From NCBI GenBank assembly GCA_050299555.1, contig JBNKWA010000077.1, positions 15,490-79,489 on the forward strand: 64,000 bases of DNA, read 5' to 3'. Below the pieces are notes generated by a model. It searched no databases. It saw only the letters and a list, made by a program, of their open reading frames with translations, and was not told the origin of the DNA. Each line of letters begins with the position of its first letter. The first letter of the stretch is position 1. The stretch comes from Paracoccaceae bacterium (GTDB lineage Bacteria; Pseudomonadota; Alphaproteobacteria; Rhodobacterales; Rhodobacteraceae). Below, piece by piece: positions 9,173 through 18,986 of the stretch. The position numbers and the translations under genes were made by a program.

Positions 9173-9775
9173 CTAGTCCCGCCGAAGTGCGTTGTTCGCC
9201 GCGTGAAGGATGGCGACCATGAGCGCGAGTTTCAGAACCTCGGCGGGAAGGAACGGCCAGAGACCGAAGCTGAGAATGGGCTTGTCCCAGCCGACGATCG
9301 CGCCAAGCCAGGCGATGCCGGGCAGGTAGATCAGCGCAAGGCCCACGAGGCCCGTTGCGGCAAGGCGCAGGATGCCCTTGCCCCAGCCCCGCTCGGCCAA
9401 CCAGCCGACCGCGACGGCGGCCAGAAGAAACCCGACAAGGTAGCCACCCGTGGGCCCGACCATGTAGGCAAGCCCCAGCCCCTTTTCGGGTGTCCCGGCG
9501 AAGACGGGAAGGCCTGCGGCACCCTGGGAGAGATACGCCCCAAGCGTCACGCCGGCCAGCCGGGTGCCATAGCTTGCCCCGATCAGCAGCACGACAAGCA
9601 CCTGCATGGTCATTGGCACGGGAAAGAACGGGACCTGCACCTTGGCCGAAAGCGTGAGCAGAAGGCTCCCGGCGACGACAAGAAGCGCGGCCCTGGCAAG
9701 CCCCGGCTGGCCGAGGGCGGCGCGCAGGGGCGAGATATGGAGAGAACTGGACATGTGTTTTCCTCCTGAGGTCAT
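9173..9775 (-). CDS. bioY: Biotin transporter BioY
   Basis: 200 aa, 5-6 TM. PTGGYLVGFLLAAVAVGWLAERG signature. Start overlaps the upstream stop (ATGA). Confidence 0.85.
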   Translation of the reverse strand: MTSGGKHMSSSLHISPLRAALGQPGLARAALLVVAGSLLLTLSAKVQVPFFPVPMTMQVLVVLLIGASYGTRLAGVTLGAYLSQGAAGLPVFAGTPEKGLGLAYMVGPTGGYLVGFLLAAVAVGWLAERGWGKGILRLAATGLVGLALIYLPGIAWLGAIVGWDKPILSFGLWPFLPAEVLKLALMVAILHAANNALRRD

Positions 9776-10746
9776 TTCACCGCGTCGCGGATCGCGGCGA
9801 GCGTTTTCTTGCGGTCGGCGCGTGCGGCAAGGGCCGCGTCCATGTCGACCTGGACGAAACGGGTTTCGGTATTGGGCTGGAGCTGTCCGATCAGGTCCAT
9901 GTCAGCCGAGATGATCGTGCCGATCATGAAATAGCCGCCGCCCGACACCGCGTCCCGGTGCAGGATGATGGGCTCGGTCCCGCTGGGGACCTGGACCGAG
10001 CCGTAGGGATAGCAGGCATCCGTGATGTTCGACGGGTCCGAACCCGCGCCGAAGGGCTGTTCGCGGTCCACGAACTCCATAGGCCTTCCGCCCTGAAAAC
10101 GGTATCCCATCCGGTCGGCCTCGTTCGCCACCTTCCAGGTGTCTTCGAAGAACGCCTTCTGCGCCGCCTCGGTGATCCGGTGCCAGTAGAGCCCCGGCAG
10201 CATCCGCAATTCGGCGCTGGATCCCGGCCCGCGGCGCAGGGCTTCGGGCACCGATTTGCCGGCGCGGCCCGTGGCCCGGTCGGCGCCAAGCGGCAAGGTG
10301 TCGCCGGGCTGAATCGCGCGACCTTCGTAGCCGCCCAACGCGCCGATGGCGTAGGTGGACCGGCTGCCGAGTGCGGGCGGCGTGGCGATGCCGCCCGAGA
10401 TCGCGATATAGGCCCGCGCCCCCGCACGCAGGAAATCGAAGGACAGGACATCGCCGGCCTTGACGTCGAAAGCCGTCCAGCCCGGCTGTTCGGCCCCGTT
10501 CACCTTTGCGGGAAGATCGGCGCCGCAGAGCGCGACAGTGGCGTCTTCGGTAAACTCGAGCTCGGGTCCCATGAACACGGTCTCCAGCCCCGCCGCATCC
10601 TCGGGGTTGCCGACGAGCATGTTCGCGGCCCGCATGGCAAGGCGGTCCATCGCGCCCCCCTGGGGGATGCCCAGGTGATAATAGCCGGGCCGGCCCAGAT
10701 CCTGGATCGTGGTCAGGATGCCGGCTGAGATGACATTAACCGGCAT
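9772..10746 (-). CDS. Biotin-dependent carboxyltransferase family protein (KipA / AHS2 / PxpC-like, CT_A_B)
   Basis: 324 aa. N-terminal ILTTIQDLGRPGYYHLGIPQGGAMD signature. Confidence 0.9.
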   Translation of the reverse strand: MPVNVISAGILTTIQDLGRPGYYHLGIPQGGAMDRLAMRAANMLVGNPEDAAGLETVFMGPELEFTEDATVALCGADLPAKVNGAEQPGWTAFDVKAGDVLSFDFLRAGARAYIAISGGIATPPALGSRSTYAIGALGGYEGRAIQPGDTLPLGADRATGRAGKSVPEALRRGPGSSAELRMLPGLYWHRITEAAQKAFFEDTWKVANEADRMGYRFQGGRPMEFVDREQPFGAGSDPSNITDACYPYGSVQVPSGTEPIILHRDAVSGGGYFMIGTIISADMDLIGQLQPNTETRFVQVDMDAALAARADRKKTLAAIRDAVK

Positions 10747-11611
10747 AGAGGGCCTCCATCAGTTTTGCGTTGGTGCCGTCGATATCGGCGTTGAAGGCTT
10801 CCAGATCGAAGGTGACCTCGGCGATACGGGGCTCGAAGCGGCCGGCTTGCACGTCTTCGACCGCCGCATCGTATTCCTCGCGGCTGATCGGTTTCCATTT
10901 CACGATGTCGCCGGGTTTGAAGAACACCATGAAATCCCTGAGGTAGCTCACCTCTTCCTGGGGATCGAAGATCGGCATCGGCGTGATCCCGAACATCTGG
11001 TAGCCACCTGCCCCGCGCACCGAGTAGATGCAGGAAAAGCAGCCGCCATAGCCCACCGTCAGCTTGGGCGTATCGGTGCGGGGCCGGAGGTATTTCGGCA
11101 CTTCGATCTGACGGGGCCGGTCCACCATCTGGTAGAGAAACGGCAGGCCCGAGACGAAGCCCACCATGGACACGAACCACGGCGCGCCCGAATGCGCCTC
11201 GATGAACGCCGCAACATCGTCATAGCCGTTGATCCGCGCGGCATATTCGATATCCGTGGCGTTCGGATCCTGGTGCCGCTCGCGGAAGCGCATCAGTGTC
11301 TCATGGGTCCAGGGATCCTGGTAATGCACCGGGATCTCGATGATCCGGGTGTTCAGCTTGGATTCGGCCTTTTCCGCGTCCTGCTCCATTTCCTTGAGCA
11401 TCCCCATCAGCTTGTCGGGATGGATCACGTCGGGATCGAACTTGATCTGGAACGAGGCGTTGGCGGGGCAGATCTCGGTCACCCCGTCGATCTTGGCGTC
11501 GCGCACCGCGTTGGTGATTGCGAGCGAGATGAAGAAGGCTTCGAGCGACATCGCTTCGTCCACTTCAACGAAGATGTGCTCGTCGCCTCCGAATGTGTAT
11601 CGGCACGTCAT
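10736..11611 (-). CDS. Carboxyltransferase subdomain C/D protein (KipI / AHS1 / PxpB-like), longer than usual at 291 aa
   Basis: FGGDEHIFVEVDE..EIPVHY..GFVSGLPFLY..GGCFSCIY pattern. 11-nt overlap with the next gene. Confidence 0.85.
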   Translation of the reverse strand: MTCRYTFGGDEHIFVEVDEAMSLEAFFISLAITNAVRDAKIDGVTEICPANASFQIKFDPDVIHPDKLMGMLKEMEQDAEKAESKLNTRIIEIPVHYQDPWTHETLMRFRERHQDPNATDIEYAARINGYDDVAAFIEAHSGAPWFVSMVGFVSGLPFLYQMVDRPRQIEVPKYLRPRTDTPKLTVGYGGCFSCIYSVRGAGGYQMFGITPMPIFDPQEEVSYLRDFMVFFKPGDIVKWKPISREEYDAAVEDVQAGRFEPRIAEVTFDLEAFNADIDGTNAKLMEALYAG

Positions 11612-13005
11612 GCGGCTGTGTCTCCCCCCATCTGTGTCCAGGCTGTTATCTTATCCACGTTGGCCTCAAGCCACGGCTCGAGCCACTTGGTATGGACGGT
11701 ATTGGTGCGGACATCGTCCGCGTCGAGAAGCGCCTCGAAAAGCGGCGCCGTGGTGGCCAGTCCGCCGATCCGAAGCTCTCTGAGCGCACGCCCGAGACGT
11801 GTGAGCGCCGCCGTGCGATCTTCGCCATGAACGATGAGCTTGCCCAGAAGCGAGTCGTAGAACGGCGGCACCTGGTAGCCCTGGTAGAGCATGTGATCGA
11901 ACCGCACGCCCGGCCCCGTGGGCACGTCGAGCGCGGCGATCTGGCCGGGAAAGGGCATGAAGTTGTTCGCCGGATCCTCGGCGTTAAGGCGCACCTCGAT
12001 GGCATGGCCCCGCATGGGCACGTCCTGTTGGCTGTACCGAAGGGGTTCGCCGCCTGCGATGCGGATCATCTCGGCCACCAGATCAAGGCCAGTGATCATC
12101 TCTGTCACCGGATGTTCGACCTGAATGCGGGTGTTCATCTCGATGAAGTAGAAATCGCCGCTTTCGTCATCGTAGAGATACTCGACGGTGCCGGCCCCCC
12201 GGTAGCCCACCGACCGCGCAAGATCGGCCGCCGACTGGCACAGCTTTTCCCGCGTCAACTGGTCAAGCGCGGCCGAAGGCGCCTCTTCCCACACCTTTTG
12301 GCGCCGCCGCTGAAGCGAGCACTCGCGCTCCCAGCAATGGATCGCATCGTTGCCGTCGGCCAGGATCTGGACCTCCACATGTCGGGCCTTTTCAATCACC
12401 TTTTCGATGTAGATGCCGCCGTCGCCGAACGCGGCCTTGGCCTCGGAAGACGCCTGTGGGGCCAGCTTGCGGAAGCTTTCGGCATCCTCGGCGATACGGA
12501 TACCGCGCCCGCCGCCGCCGGCGGCTGCCTTGATCATCACCGGAAAGCCGATCTCGCCCGCCAGTGTCGCCGCCTCATCCATATCGGCCAGAACGCCGTC
12601 CGATCCGGGAACCGTAGGCACGCCGGCGCGCGCCGCCTCTTTTCGGGCGGCGGCCTTGTCGCCCATCAAGTCGATGGTCTCGCCCGAGGGCCCGACGAAG
12701 ATCAGGCCCGCCGCCTCGACGGCCTTGGCGAAATTTGCGTTCTCGGACAGAAAGCCATAGCCGGGATGGATGGCATCCGCCCCGGTGTCTTTCGCCGCCT
12801 TCAGGATTGCCTCTGTGTCCAGGTAGGACTTGGCGGCATGGGGCGGGCCGATGCACACCGCTTCGTCGGCGATCCGGACCGCAAGCATGTCGGCATCCGC
12901 TTCGGAATGAACCTGCACGGTCCCGATCCCCAGGTCGCGCGCCGCGCGGATCACGCGCACGGCGATCTCGCCCCGGTTCGCAATCAGAAGCTTGCCGATG
13001 GGCAT
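11608..13005 (-). CDS. Biotin carboxylase (AccC-type ATP-grasp), paralog embedded in a catabolic-looking operon
   Basis: 465 aa. LLIANRGEIAVRVIRA, HPGYGFLSEN, EMNTRIQVEHPVTE. Confidence 0.95.
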   Translation of the reverse strand: MPIGKLLIANRGEIAVRVIRAARDLGIGTVQVHSEADADMLAVRIADEAVCIGPPHAAKSYLDTEAILKAAKDTGADAIHPGYGFLSENANFAKAVEAAGLIFVGPSGETIDLMGDKAAARKEAARAGVPTVPGSDGVLADMDEAATLAGEIGFPVMIKAAAGGGGRGIRIAEDAESFRKLAPQASSEAKAAFGDGGIYIEKVIEKARHVEVQILADGNDAIHCWERECSLQRRRQKVWEEAPSAALDQLTREKLCQSAADLARSVGYRGAGTVEYLYDDESGDFYFIEMNTRIQVEHPVTEMITGLDLVAEMIRIAGGEPLRYSQQDVPMRGHAIEVRLNAEDPANNFMPFPGQIAALDVPTGPGVRFDHMLYQGYQVPPFYDSLLGKLIVHGEDRTAALTRLGRALRELRIGGLATTAPLFEALLDADDVRTNTVHTKWLEPWLEANVDKITAWTQMGGDTAA

Positions 13006-13241
13006 CAGTCCAGCACCGCCAGAACTTTACCTGCCATTATCGGTTCTGCATCCTCGGCCTGAAACGAGGTGATCGTGCCATCGGAATCCGACTTTACCTC
13101 GTGAAACGTCTTCATCACTTCGACCAGCCCGATCGTGTCGCCCTTGGCGACCGTATCCCCGACCTCCTTGAACGGAGGCTCGTCGGGTGACGGCTTTCGG
13201 TAGAAGGTTCCAGGGATCGGTGACTTGATCTCATGTGCCAT
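13005..13241 (-). CDS. Short biotin carboxyl carrier protein (biotinyl domain only)
   Basis: 78 aa with the biotinylation motif EVMK (LVEVMKTFHEV). 1-nt overlap with the biotin carboxylase start. Confidence 0.9.
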   Translation of the reverse strand: MAHEIKSPIPGTFYRKPSPDEPPFKEVGDTVAKGDTIGLVEVMKTFHEVKSDSDGTITSFQAEDAEPIMAGKVLAVLD

Positions 13242-13265
13242 CTTCTTGGTCTCCTCTGGTGTGGC

Positions 13266-13991
13266 TCAGGCCGCTTGCAACTGTGAGAGGGCGGCGCTGA
13301 CCGCCTTGGCGATATCTTCGGAGTTGGGCGTGTCGGAATGGATGCAGACCGTCTCGGCCCGCACCGGAAGGGACTTGCCGCCCACCGAGATAAGCGTGCC
13401 CTCGGTCACAGCGCGGCGGGCGCGCTCTGCGGCAAGATCCGGGTCCACCGCGTCGTGGGAGCGCGTGATGATCAGCCCACCCTCGTCACTGTAATCGAGA
13501 TCGGCAAAGAATTCCGCGATGAACCCTGCGCCTTCGGCCTCGCAGACCGTTTCATGCAGGGTTCCCGCAATCCCCATCACCGGCAGATCGTAGATCACCG
13601 AGGCGCGCGCCACAGCCCGCGCGATCGGCTCTTGCCGCGCGGCCATACCGTAGAGTGCCCCGTGGGGCTTGATATGGGCAAGTCTCGTGCCCGCCTGCTT
13701 GCAGAAGGCATCAAGCGCGCCGATCTGGTAGAGGATGATGTTCAGCATCTCCTCTTCCTCGACCTTCATCTCGCGCCGACCGAACCCTGCAAGATCGGGA
13801 AGCGAGACATGGGCACCGATCCGCACATCATGCTTCACTGCAAGCTCTACGGTCGTGCGCATGTGATTGGGGTCGCTTGCGTGAAACCCACAGGCCACGT
13901 TGGCCTGGTCGATATAGGGCATCAGGTTTGCGTCATTGCCCATGTGGTAGAGCGAAAAGCTTTCGCCCATGTCGCAGTTCAGGTCAGCCAT
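13266..13991 (-). CDS. LamB/YcsF family protein (5-oxoprolinase subunit A-like lactamase)
   Basis: 241 aa. DLNCDMGESF, ACGFHASDP, HIKPHGALY motifs. Confidence 0.9.
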   Translation of the reverse strand: MADLNCDMGESFSLYHMGNDANLMPYIDQANVACGFHASDPNHMRTTVELAVKHDVRIGAHVSLPDLAGFGRREMKVEEEEMLNIILYQIGALDAFCKQAGTRLAHIKPHGALYGMAARQEPIARAVARASVIYDLPVMGIAGTLHETVCEAEGAGFIAEFFADLDYSDEGGLIITRSHDAVDPDLAAERARRAVTEGTLISVGGKSLPVRAETVCIHSDTPNSEDIAKAVSAALSQLQAA

Positions 13992-14004
13992 CCTGATGTC
14001 CTCC

Positions 14005-15030
14005 CTAGTCCTTCAGCGACGCGACATAGCGCAGCCTGATTTGGTCGGCGATCACCGCCAGGATCAGCAGCGCGCCAAGAACGACGGTCTGCAAATAGCT
14101 TTCGATGCGCGCCAGGTTCATGCCGTTCTGGACAAGCCCGATGAAAAGCGCGCCGAGAACGACGTTCTCAAGCCGCCCGATCCCGCCCCGAAGGCTGACG
14201 CCCGCGATCACGCAGGCCGCGATGCTTTCCAGAGGCATGGACGCGCCGATATTCGCCTCGCCCGTGTCAAGCCGCGCGGTCAGCAGCATGCCCGCCGTCG
14301 CCGCCAGCGCCGCACACAGAACGTAGGTCGCGAACAGCGTACCGCGAACGTTGATGCCAGACAGGCGCGCGGCCTTGGCATTGCCGCCCACCGCATAGAA
14401 GTACCGGCCATAGGGGGTGCGGTAGAGCAGCACCCACAAAAGCACGATCAGAAGCGCCGCGACCCAGACAGGCGTCGGCACCCCCAGCAACATGCCGAAC
14501 CCGAAGGTATCGCCAAACTCCACGGGCATGCCGTAAACCGGCACGCCGCCGGTCAGGTAAAGCGCGATGCCGAATCCCACCGAAGCCATGCCGAGAGACA
14601 TCATGAACGGCGACACGTTGAAGAAGGCCACGCCCACGGCATTCGCAACACCGATCATCGTACCGGCAGCGACGCCCGCGAGGAACCCCAGGCTGATCGC
14701 CAGGAACACCGCGTCGGGCATGGCGGCATAGATCGACGCCATCACCATGGCGCCGACGACCGAGGCAAGCGCCAGGATCGTGCCGACGGATAGATCGAAC
14801 CCGCCGGTCAGAAGCGCCAGCATCTGGCCAAGCGCTACGATGGTCAGGTACACCGACTGCCGCAGCACGTTCATCAGGTTGCGCCCGGTCAGGAAGTTGT
14901 CCGACATCAGCGAAAACACCGCGACTGCGATCACCAGAAGGAACGGCAGGATGCCGAGCCGCACGAAAATTCGCTTGAGCCAGTCTCCCGGCGCGCTTGT
15001 TCCTTTCGCGGGGCCTGCCCTGTCGGCCAT
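14005..15030 (-). CDS. Sugar (ribose-type, RbsC family) ABC transporter permease
   Basis: 341 aa, multi-TM. TGGFDLSVG signature. Confidence 0.9.
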   Translation of the reverse strand: MADRAGPAKGTSAPGDWLKRIFVRLGILPFLLVIAVAVFSLMSDNFLTGRNLMNVLRQSVYLTIVALGQMLALLTGGFDLSVGTILALASVVGAMVMASIYAAMPDAVFLAISLGFLAGVAAGTMIGVANAVGVAFFNVSPFMMSLGMASVGFGIALYLTGGVPVYGMPVEFGDTFGFGMLLGVPTPVWVAALLIVLLWVLLYRTPYGRYFYAVGGNAKAARLSGINVRGTLFATYVLCAALAATAGMLLTARLDTGEANIGASMPLESIAACVIAGVSLRGGIGRLENVVLGALFIGLVQNGMNLARIESYLQTVVLGALLILAVIADQIRLRYVASLKD

Positions 15031-16541
15031 CAGGCGCTCTCCTTCTCGAAAAAGTTCGCAAGCACGGTCTCTTCGGTCAGGTCCGGCCCGACCAGTTCCG
15101 CCTGAATGCGACCGCGATAGAAGACGTAGGCCCGGCTTGTGAGGTTCAGGATCTCCGGCAGGTCGGACGAGACGATGACAACCGCAGTGCCCGCCGCCGC
15201 CAGATCGACGATGAACTGATAGATCGCCTGGCGTGTGCCTACGTCGACACCCACCGTGGGTTCGTCGAACACGACAAGGTCCACGTGCCGGGTCAGGCTG
15301 CGGGCCAGCATCGCCTTTTGCTGGTTGCCGCCCGAAAAATGATCGACCGCCCGCTCGGGCTGGTTTGGCGACAGTTTCAGGCGGTTCGCCAGATCCTGCA
15401 CGATCTTTCGTTCGCCGGCACGGTTGAGGAATATCCCGCGTCGAAAGGGCGGCACGTCGAGCGAGGCAAGTGAAATGTTCTCGCGCACAGGGCGAACCAT
15501 GAGCAGTCCCTCTTCGTGGCGGTCCGCGGGCAGGTAGAGGAACCCGTCACGGATCGCCGCGCCAGGCGAATGGCCGGTCACGTCGCGGCCCTTGTAGCTG
15601 ACCGCGCCGGCAGAGATCTTGAGCGCTCCGAACGCCGCCTGCATCGCCTCGGATTTGCCCGAGCCCACGAGGCCGGCCAGACCCACGATCTCGCCCTTCC
15701 GGACCGACATCGAGACATCGAGAACAGAACCGTTCGCCGAGGTCACGCCATCGAGTCGCAGTACATCCTCGCCCGGTGCGCCAAGGTCGATCTTGGGAAA
15801 GATCGCGCCTACCTCGCGCCCCGTCATCAACTCCACCAGCCGGTCTTCGTCGGCCTCGTCCACGTCCAGCGTGGCCACGTATTTTCCGTCGCGCAGGACC
15901 GTGATTCGATCCCCTATCCGGCGGATTTCGGCAATGCGGTGGGTGATGTAGATGATGCCCACGCCGCGCGCCGTCAGCCCCTCGACGATCCGGAACAGCT
16001 GGTCGGTCTCGTGGTCGGTCAGGCTTGCGGTCGGCTCGTCCAGGATCAAGACCGACACGTCCGAGCGAAACGCCTTGGCGATCTCGACCATCTGCTGCTC
16101 GGCACGGCTCAGGTGCTGGACCTTGCGCGCCGGATCAAGATCGAACGCAAGCTCGGACAGGATGCGCCGGGCCTCGCGCCGCATGTCGGCACTGTCCAGG
16201 AAGATGCCGCGCCGGTGCTCGGCCCCAAGGAACAGGTTCTGTTCCACGGTCATCTGCGGCACGAGCGAGAACTCTTGAAAAACCGCGGAAACGCCTTGGT
16301 CGCGCGCTTCGTGGACGGACTTGAACGCGACGGGCCTGCCGTCGCGCTCGATGTGCCCGGCGCTGGGTGAATTCGCGCCGGACAAAATGGAAATCAGGGT
16401 CGACTTGCCCGCACCGTTCTCGCCGAAAAGCACGTGCACCTCGCCGGCGCGCAGATCGAAATCCACGCTGTCGAGCGCACGCACACCGGGGTAGTCCTTG
16501 GTCAGGCCCCGGGTGGCCAGAAGCGGTGCGGGCGGTGTCAT
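15030..16541 (-). CDS. Sugar ABC transporter ATP-binding protein (duplicated ATPase, RbsA/MglA type)
   Basis: 503 aa. Walker A GENGAGKST, LSRAEQQ signature. The second half has the LSGGNQQK-like FSGGNQQK. Confidence 0.95.
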   Translation of the reverse strand: MTPPAPLLATRGLTKDYPGVRALDSVDFDLRAGEVHVLFGENGAGKSTLISILSGANSPSAGHIERDGRPVAFKSVHEARDQGVSAVFQEFSLVPQMTVEQNLFLGAEHRRGIFLDSADMRREARRILSELAFDLDPARKVQHLSRAEQQMVEIAKAFRSDVSVLILDEPTASLTDHETDQLFRIVEGLTARGVGIIYITHRIAEIRRIGDRITVLRDGKYVATLDVDEADEDRLVELMTGREVGAIFPKIDLGAPGEDVLRLDGVTSANGSVLDVSMSVRKGEIVGLAGLVGSGKSEAMQAAFGALKISAGAVSYKGRDVTGHSPGAAIRDGFLYLPADRHEEGLLMVRPVRENISLASLDVPPFRRGIFLNRAGERKIVQDLANRLKLSPNQPERAVDHFSGGNQQKAMLARSLTRHVDLVVFDEPTVGVDVGTRQAIYQFIVDLAAAGTAVVIVSSDLPEILNLTSRAYVFYRGRIQAELVGPDLTEETVLANFFEKESA

Positions 16542-16548
16542 CGCCCGA

Positions 16549-17619
16549 TCACTCCACCCGGAACACCGGGCTGAATCCGGCGGGCGCCAGCGTGGAGGTG
16601 GGATCGAACTCGCTGTGGTTTTCGGTCGTCACCACGTAAAGCGCGGGGCCCACATGCTTCTGGTAGTCCTGCCCTTCCAGGATCCGCACGGCCTGGTCGA
16701 TGGCGATACGGCCCTGGATCACGGTTGAATCCGTGGGCGCGGCCAGGATCTGACCACGGGCGATGCCCTGGTCGACGCCCGGCGTGTAGTAGTAGGACAC
16801 GACCTTGACCTGATCGGTCAGGCCACGCGCGCGCAGGATCGGCACGGCGGCCTCGGCCGTAACGGCCGTTCCGACCACGTAGTCGAGATCCGGATAGGTC
16901 TCGAGCGCGTCTTCCACCAGCTTCGACTGCGCTTCCTTGCCGGTGTCGCCATAGAAGGTGTCGACAACCTCGATCGCACCCGATTCAACCGCCGCAAGAA
17001 AGCCGCTGTTGCCGGCTTCCACCCAGCCCGCGCCCGCAGGCCCGGGGAACCAGGCGACCTGTACCGGGTCACCGTCAGGATGAGCTTCGGCCAGGAACTC
17101 ACCCGCCTTGGCACCCATCTCACCGAAAGAGACCAGCGACTTGGCGCTAAGCTCCGGCGAAGACATGCCATTGATCACATCGATCACCGGGATGCCTTGG
17201 CTTCGGATCTCGCTGACCACGTTGTTAAGGCCGTCGAAGGAAATCGCACCGATCACCACGGCATCGGCGCCTGCGGCCACGCAATCCTCGATCTGGCTGA
17301 TCTGGGTGTTCAGTTCGGTATAACCGCCGGCCTCGACCAGCTGCATCTTGACGCCAAGACGCTCGGCCTCGGAGGCGACCCCATAGTCCACGGCCAGCCA
17401 GTACGCATCCTTCATGTGCGGGAAGGACACGCAGATTTCCCAGGGCTGGCTTGCGGCTTCGAGAGGCACGTAATCGATCGACGTGCGCGGGCTGGACATG
17501 TCAAAGGCCGGCTCCCAGCTTTCGACGGTATAGGGATACCAGGTGTCCTGAGCGACCGCGGCGGACGAGGCCAGCGCCAGGGCCGATACGCTTGTCGCGG
17601 CAATTAGTCTGAGCTTCAT
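16549..17619 (-). CDS. Periplasmic sugar-binding protein (family-2 SBP, TorT/RbsB-like)
   Basis: Start moved to the internal ATG at 17619 (MKLRLIAATSVSALALASSAAVAQ signal peptide). The upstream 65 codons of track ORF 16549..17814 lie in AT-rich promoter DNA. Confidence 0.85.
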   Translation of the reverse strand: MKLRLIAATSVSALALASSAAVAQDTWYPYTVESWEPAFDMSSPRTSIDYVPLEAASQPWEICVSFPHMKDAYWLAVDYGVASEAERLGVKMQLVEAGGYTELNTQISQIEDCVAAGADAVVIGAISFDGLNNVVSEIRSQGIPVIDVINGMSSPELSAKSLVSFGEMGAKAGEFLAEAHPDGDPVQVAWFPGPAGAGWVEAGNSGFLAAVESGAIEVVDTFYGDTGKEAQSKLVEDALETYPDLDYVVGTAVTAEAAVPILRARGLTDQVKVVSYYYTPGVDQGIARGQILAAPTDSTVIQGRIAIDQAVRILEGQDYQKHVGPALYVVTTENHSEFDPTSTLAPAGFSPVFRVE

Positions 17620-17724
17620 GAGATCTCTCCCCAATGGGCTGCACTGCAGACGCTGGCGGTTGGGCCAGCCAACTGACGCTCTAAGGTGAAGCGCGTCGAC
17701 CGATATGACAAATTCAAAGCAAAC

Positions 17725-17737
17725 TGATTGATTATCA
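17725..17737. promoter_or_regulatory. Candidate LysR box TGAT-N5-ATCA (T-N11-A)
   Basis: TGATTGATTATCA in the comparatively AT-rich 308-bp divergent region between the SBP gene and the LysR gene. Confidence 0.3.
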
Positions 17738-17927
17738 AAAATTCCGATACTGTTTTCCGGCATTCGATCGACGTCCGGGAACGGCGCGCTCCCGAATACA
17801 ATTTCACAAGACATTGGAAAGAATGTCGTTTCTGTCTGCCCAGTCCCCGACGACCGGCATTGACACCGGCCTGTGGAAGACGCACCAATGGCCTTGGAAA
17901 ATATGATGAAAGAGATAGATTTTTCCG

Positions 17928-18842
17928 ATGGAGCCGTCTCTTCGCCAGATCAGGTACTTCATCGCCGCGGCAAATGCAGGCCAGATTTCGCGTGCAGCCC
18001 GTGATCTCAACGTGTCGCAAAGCGCGATCACGACGGCGATCCGGCAGCTCGAGGACATCGTCGGCTGCCCGCTTTTTCGCCGGCATGTGCGGGGTGTTTC
18101 GCTCACCCATGAAGGAACGATTTTCCTGCAGCACGCCCACCGTATCTTCGCCACGGTCGATGAGGCCGTTCACGCGCCCAGATCGGTTCGCAACACGCTA
18201 AGCGGCAAGCTGCGGGTCGCAATGACATACACAGTCGCGGGATACTTCCTGCCCCAGCACCTGGAGCGTTTCATGCGCTATCATCCGGGTGTCGAGCTTC
18301 TGCCGGTGGAGGCAAGCCGGGCCGATATCGAAACCGGCCTGTCCTCGGGCCAGTACGACATCGCGGTTCTCCTGACTTCGAACATCGCGGATCAGGAAAA
18401 CCTTGCCTATGAAACCCTGATCCGGTCGTCCCGCCGGCTTTGGCTTTCCGCGCGGCACGATTTCCTGGGCCGCGAGACGCTGACGCTCGCGGATGTGGCG
18501 ACCCAGCCCTACATCATGCTGACCGTCGACGAGGCGTCAAACACGGCACAGCGCTACTGGAACCAGGCAGGTACGCGCCCGAAAACGCTCATGCGCACCT
18601 CTTCGGTGGAGGCCGTACGCTCCATGGTCGCCAGCGGAATGGGGGTGACGATCCTGTCCGACATGGTCTATCGCCCGTGGTCGCTCGAGGGCCTGCGGGT
18701 AGAGGCCGTCGACCTTGCCGCCCCGGTACCGACCATGGATGTGGGCCTTGCCTGGGCCGTCAATGTTGAACTCCCCCCGGCGGCACAGGCCTTTGCCCAG
18801 TTCATGCGCACCAGCTTCGAGATCAGCCGGCCGCACCCCTAG
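17928..18842 (+). CDS. LysR-family transcriptional regulator
   Basis: 304 aa. LRQIRYFIAAANAGQISRAARDLNVSQSAITTAIRQLE HTH. Divergent from the 10-gene operon. Confidence 0.9.
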   Translation: MEPSLRQIRYFIAAANAGQISRAARDLNVSQSAITTAIRQLEDIVGCPLFRRHVRGVSLTHEGTIFLQHAHRIFATVDEAVHAPRSVRNTLSGKLRVAMTYTVAGYFLPQHLERFMRYHPGVELLPVEASRADIETGLSSGQYDIAVLLTSNIADQENLAYETLIRSSRRLWLSARHDFLGRETLTLADVATQPYIMLTVDEASNTAQRYWNQAGTRPKTLMRTSSVEAVRSMVASGMGVTILSDMVYRPWSLEGLRVEAVDLAAPVPTMDVGLAWAVNVELPPAAQAFAQFMRTSFEISRPHP

Positions 18843-18986
18843 TCCGCCATCGACCGAGCAGGCGCTCTGGCGTGTCGGTACAGCGTCCTCACCGCAAGTT
18901 GGGGCGGCAACGGGGCCCACCACTGGTGGGAACCGCGCTGTTCTCCAAAAACAGGAAACGCTGAGCGACCCGTCGCAAGGGAGGTG

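Noticed and set aside
16549-17814. N-terminal extensions in track ORFs 16549..17814, 35877..37526, 59760..62384, 38304..40076, 42722..43816, 28073..29977 and 27381..28031.
   Set aside because: Internal starts give canonical N-termini or signal peptides, have RBSs or coupling overlaps, and avoid running into AT-rich promoter DNA or neighbouring genes.
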